Assembly: GCA_002269645.1 (NCBI GenBank)
Contig: NIVC01000227.1
Location: 186,001-250,000 of the forward strand
Reading direction: 5' to 3'
Source of the DNA: Macrostomum lignano
Taxonomy: Eukaryota
DNA: 64,000 nt
Of the stretch, positions 37,283 through 64,000 are shown piece by piece; the first letter of the stretch is position 1; each line of letters begins with the position of its first letter. The translations under genes were made by a program, and so were the position numbers. The notes under the pieces were generated by a model. That model had not been told where the DNA came from. It saw only the letters and a program-made list of their open reading frames with translations, and did no database searches.

Positions 37283-38399
37283 TAGTTTTTTTCAGTTTTT
37301 GTAATTTCAAAGCAATCTATTTATAAAAGCTTCAGAAGTCCTCGTGGCGTAATACTTGGAAATCTTTTGCTTGATAGTCATATTTTATAGTTTATTTGCT
37401 ATTTCACTACTAGCTATAGTAGCACAACAAGTGTAGATGTAGATAAAACATTTAATTTAAAAAACTTAATTAGCAGTTCCGATTAGTTTAGTTTCCCATT
37501 TTGATAAGCTGAAATGTTTATGCATTCAGTGCAGTGACACCTGTCAGAATTTAATTAACTTTTTTACATTGAAACATTTTATTATATGAAGTTACAAAAA
37601 CAGCACCAAATCAGACACGGAATTTGTTATACTCGAGTACTTGCTCACCACGGTGATTAATTAAGCGGCAGAATCTGGCAGCTGCAAGGTGTTGTATAAT
37701 TCCTTCAGAGACAAGCTTGCAGTAAGAAAGAATTGAATATTTTGGTAGATTCTCTTATGAAGAGATTCGAATGTATAAAGGGTGAAACGGGATTCTCTCA
37801 GGTCTGTACAGGGACTAAATCTTTAATGAAATTGTGAATGTTTGCCACCTCAATATTCTACCTTAATACTTACTTCCATTGTTTCCATTCAGCTAATTAA
37901 AAATGCAAATGTATCATAATTTTGAACCATGCAGTGTACCTACTGAAGTGAGTTATTCTTACAAAAATAATTTGATACCACACTCAGCCATCAATCAGTG
38001 GGTGTTGCAAAATGCTATACATAAAAATTCAAGTCAGAAGATGCTGTAAGCTGCATCAGCAGTGTCTCCAGGCAGACTCAAAAGAGCTCAAAGGACAGAA
38101 GCAGTAGAGAGTATTAGGCCGCAGCCATGGCTGTGCAGGATGAGACTTACTTCGTATAACATTATTTGCAGGAAATGGGATAAACAAGCGCTGCTGCTCC
38201 CAAGCCAGCTCGAATAGGGGGAGAGCAGGACTCGAAGGGAAGGAGCTCCTGAAATGATTTATTGTTTATAGTGTTTGAAGCTTCACGGGGGATCAGGGAT
38301 GCCGTGACGCACACTTGCAGTGCCGCGCTATCGTTCATCGAATCGGGAGATATGGAGCTGAGGGACAGCGGGCTTTGATGCCCGACCGATGCCTGATGC

Positions 38400-39316
38400 C
38401 TGTCTCCTGTAGTGTCTCAGTGTCTCCTGTAGTGTCTCAGTGTCTTTACTTCAGTGTCTCAGTGTCTCCTGTAGTGTCTCAGTGTCTCCTGTAGTGTCTC
38501 AGTGTCTTTACTTCAGTGTCTCAGTGTCTCCTGTAGTGTCTCAGTGTCTCCTGTAGTGTCTCAGTGTCTTTACTTCAGTGTCTCAGTGTCTCCTGTAGTG
38601 TCTCAGTGTCTCCTGTAGTGTCTCAGTGTCTCCTGTAGTGTCTCAGTGTCTCCTGTAGTGTCTCAGTGTCTCCTGTAGTGTCTCAGTGTCTCCTGTAGTG
38701 TCTCAGTGTCTCCTGTAGTGTCTCAGTGTCTCCTGTAGTGTCTCAGTGTCTCCTGTAGTGTCTCAGTGTCTCCCGTAGTGTCTCAGTGTCTCCTGTAGTG
38801 TCTCAGTGTCTCCTGTAGTGTCTCAGTGTCTCCTGTAGTGTCTCAGTGTCTCCTGTAGTGTCTCAGTGTCTCCTGTAGTGTCTCAGTGTCTCCTGTAGTG
38901 TCTCAGTGTCTCCTGTAGTGTCTCAGTGTCTCCTGTAGTGTCTCAGTGTCTCCTGTAGTGTCTCAGTGTCTCCTGTAGTGTCTCAGTGTCTTTGCTTCAG
39001 TGTCTCAGTGTCTTTGCTTCAGTGTCTCAGTGTATCCTGTAGTGTCTCAGTGTCTTTGCTTCAGTGTCTCAGTGTCTCCTGTAGTGTCTCAGTGTCTTTG
39101 CTTCAGTGTCTCAGTGTCTCCTGTAGTGTCTCAGTGTCTTTGCTTCAGTGTCTCAGTGTCTCCTGTAGTGTCTCAGTGTCTCCTGTAGTGTCTCAGTGTC
39201 TCCTGTAGTGTCTCAGTGTCTCCTGTAGTGTCTCAGTGTCTTTGCTTCAGTGTCTCAGTGTCTCCTGTAGTGTCTCAGTGTCTCTTGTAGTGTCTCAGTG
39301 TCTCTGCTTCAGTGTC
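38400..39316. repeat. 20-bp minisatellite (gtgtctcctgtagtgtctca)
   Basis: Direct tandem repetition. Confidence 0.97.
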
Positions 39317-39854
39317 AGGGTAATGTCAAATTTCATAGATATTTGAGGAGTCAGCTTTTAAACTGAAGAAAATAAGTAACTGCAGTGGAAAGGTCAGTAC
39401 ACAGAATACTGTATTCTGTGGGTCTGTATTTATGTTTCGAACGCTAGAGCAATGATAATAGGGACATGCATTTTAGCTCATTACATTTCGTAATAATAAT
39501 AACCAATATTTGTGAACATCAGAAATGCAGAAAAATACGAATAAGCTTCAATAGTTAAGCATCAGGAGCAAAAAATGACGATTTAAACACCGCATTGGTG
39601 GGCGCTGGGTTGTCAGGTCCAGTTTCAAATTGACTCAACTGTTGGTGTTGCCAATAGCAACCAAAAGAATTTAGCAAAGTTCAATTTTTTCTGGGCGGGT
39701 TTCACATTTTTATTGGTTTACGGTTAATCAAGCAACATAATTATGGTGAAACATTTTTCTTTGGGTATATTTTTCCTAGAAATTGAGTTCCTCTCCACTT
39801 TGACTGTCAGTCATGCATGACGCGCAGAAATGCACATGTCGTTACACAGACGTG

Positions 39855-39998
39855 AACGTGAGATTCTTCATTTTAAACGTGAGATTCTTCATTTTAAACG
39901 TGAGATTCTTCATTTTAAACGTGAGATTCTTCATTTTAAACGTGAGATTCTTCATTTTAAACATGAGATTCTTCATTTTAAACGTGAGATTCTTCTTT

Positions 39999-40020
<22 letters not shown>
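39855..40020 (-). repeat. 21-bp minisatellite containing the last codons and stop codon of the 5-TM gene
   Basis: Eight copies of aacgtgagattcttcatttta. On the minus strand each unit reads xEESHV-stop in frame. Confidence 0.9.
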
Positions 40021-62050
<22,030 letters not shown>

Positions 62051-62984
62051 CTGTAAACCAAAAGTTCACCATCAGCAACATTATAGGATAAGTATGGATC
62101 AGGGTGCATGAAAAACAATGCAAACACTGAGAGTTTCCCTGCGACATAAATGATAAATGGAGTGAAAGGAACAAGAACAACAAATTTTAAATGGGAGGAT
62201 AGAAGTAAAAGCGAGAATGAGAATGGAAGTAAAATGAGAGCTAGGTATTTTGAAAGTAAAACTGAAGCTGAGTGAGAGAGAGAGAGAGAGAGGGAGCGTT
62301 AGTAGAGAGTGAGCTGGTGACAGTGAGGGTAAGAGTGAGAGTGAGAGAGTGAGGTTGAGATACTCTCTGAGAGTAAGAGGGACGTGGGTGAGGTCTCAAG
62401 AGTGAAGTGAGGGTGAGAGTGGGAATGAGAGTAGGATTGAGGGTGAGAATGAGAAAGGTTGAGGGGGACATTGACAATGAAAGCAAGCGTGAGAATGAGA
62501 GTGAGAATGACGGCGAGATTGGTGAGAACGAACTGGTGGAGAATAGAGAATAAGAGGTAGTTCTATTCCTCAAAATGAATTTGATCGAGAAGCAGATTTC
62601 TGAAGCCCAGCAAATCCAGTCAACAAGCAGCAGCGACGTACCCAGACAAATTGTTTGGTGACTCCGTTGCCGCTGAGAGGCACAGTGTGGGACCGCCATT
62701 TCAGCAAACTATTCTCCGCAATCAGATTATTCGAGTGCACCGACTTGAAAGTGGCGGCTTCTGTAGAAATGTGGCGATTTAAATTTGTGATGGCTAGCGA
62801 TAAATATACTTTTTATTCAGACTCTAAGAGTACCTTTTAACTGAGAAATAAGTTAGACTAATTTATCTAACTAAACTATTACATGTAATTAAATTATTAT
62901 CTAGAAACACAGGGAGGGACAAAGCACAAGCTCATTAATCTGGAGCAAACCTTTGTCACTCAGTCGGCCATAAAAGCGTCAAAA

Positions 62985-63530
62985 TAAAATTAAATGTACA
63001 TTGGCCCAGACAAACTCCCAGACCCTCCGCTACGCTCCAAGTCATTCAATAAGCCACGAAAGGGTTTGAAATAAATTTAAATGTACATTGGCCCAGACAA
63101 ACTCCCAGACCCTCCGCTACGCTCCAAGTCATTCAATAAGCCACGAAAGGGTTTGAAATAAATTTAAATGTACATTGGCCCAGACAAACTCCCAGACCCT
63201 CCGCTACGCTCCAAGTCATTCAATAAGCCACGAAAGGGTTTGAAATAAATTTAAATGTACATTGGCCCAGACAAACTCCCAGACCCTCCGCTACGCCCCA
63301 AGTCATTCAATAAGCCACGAAAGGGTTTGAAATAAATTTAAATGTACATTGGCCCAGACAAACTCCCAGACCCTCCGCTACGCTCCAAGTCATTCAATAA
63401 GCCACAAAAAGGTTTGAAATAAATTCAAATGTACATTGGGCAAGACAAACTCCCAGACCCTCCGCTACGTCCCTAATTATTCAATAAGCCACAAAACGAT
63501 TCGAAATAAAATTAAAAGTACATTGACCCA
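62985..63530. repeat. 87-bp tandem repeat (~6 copies)
   Basis: taaatgtacattggcccagacaaactccc... starts at 62991, 63078, 63165, 63252 and 63339, with a variant at about 63426. Confidence 0.95.
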
Positions 63531-64000
63531 GGCCTGGCTATATCCGGACCATCTTTACAACCTACGTGAACGTGAATACTCAGCCACGATTCAGTCAATC
63601 TAATAAAGTGCATTTGAAAGAAATTAAGCTTTAAGTCAAGTGTTTTTCTCTCGATTTTCAGCTTTCCTCCTGTCAGTCTAACTCTAATCAAAACGCAATA
63701 ACTTAAAAGTAACATATCTGTTTCATTAGCAAAAGCCTAAATGACTACTTATGATCTAAACAATGGTTGAACAACAGCACCCCAGATCAACAACTCTTTC
63801 CCATCACAACAAATATTAGACATTGGAAGTCCTCTATCCCTAGCTCTACATCTGCAAAAAGCGGGCTATTTTGCATTGTTTTAAACAACCAAATATACTT
63901 ACCCGCTTCTGAAACTGGCTTAAAGTCTTCATCTTTCAAACGATTGTCTTCTTTGCTTAGTGGACGAACTGCGTCTGTAAAAGATTAATATGAAAAATTA

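Noticed and set aside
62241-62500. Ser/Leu/Thr-rich 3' part of ORF 62241-62699
   Set aside because: It is a translation of a GA/GAGT low-complexity tract. Only the 5' part (62699 to donor 62642 or 62534) is a candidate first exon, and it is unconfirmed.

Overview
Eukaryotic, intron-rich animal DNA with GC-rich exons and AT-rich introns packed with minisatellites. The style strongly suggests the flatworm Macrostomum lignano (inference only). By reading GT-AG splice sites and checking exon phases I reconstructed six genes: (1) an atypical RERG/RASL-like small GTPase (+, 1039-2572); (2) a CLC-3/4/5-type 2Cl-/H+ exchanger (+, 9672-22240) with a probable alternative first exon; (3) a cysteine string protein, DNAJC5 (-, 26230-29652); (4) a small secreted acidic-pro peptide gene with a TATA box (+, 36439-36642); (5) an unrecognised gene of at least 11 exons and about 1,430 aa (-, 39999 to at least 62050), with a Cys-rich ectodomain, five predicted TM segments and a PY/PDZ tail; (6) an intronless secreted PAN/Apple-like + LamG-like gene (+, 56659-57714) nested antisense in an intron of gene 5. 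Mobile DNA comprises a decayed Ngaro/DIRS tyrosine-recombinase retrotransposon (about 30300-34450) interrupted by a MITE with an 8-bp TSD, several other MITEs, three copies of a tRNA-derived SINE and a LINE remnant. About 25 distinct mini/microsatellite arrays generate most of the spurious long ORFs in the supplied track. There are no rRNA, true tRNA or CRISPR features.
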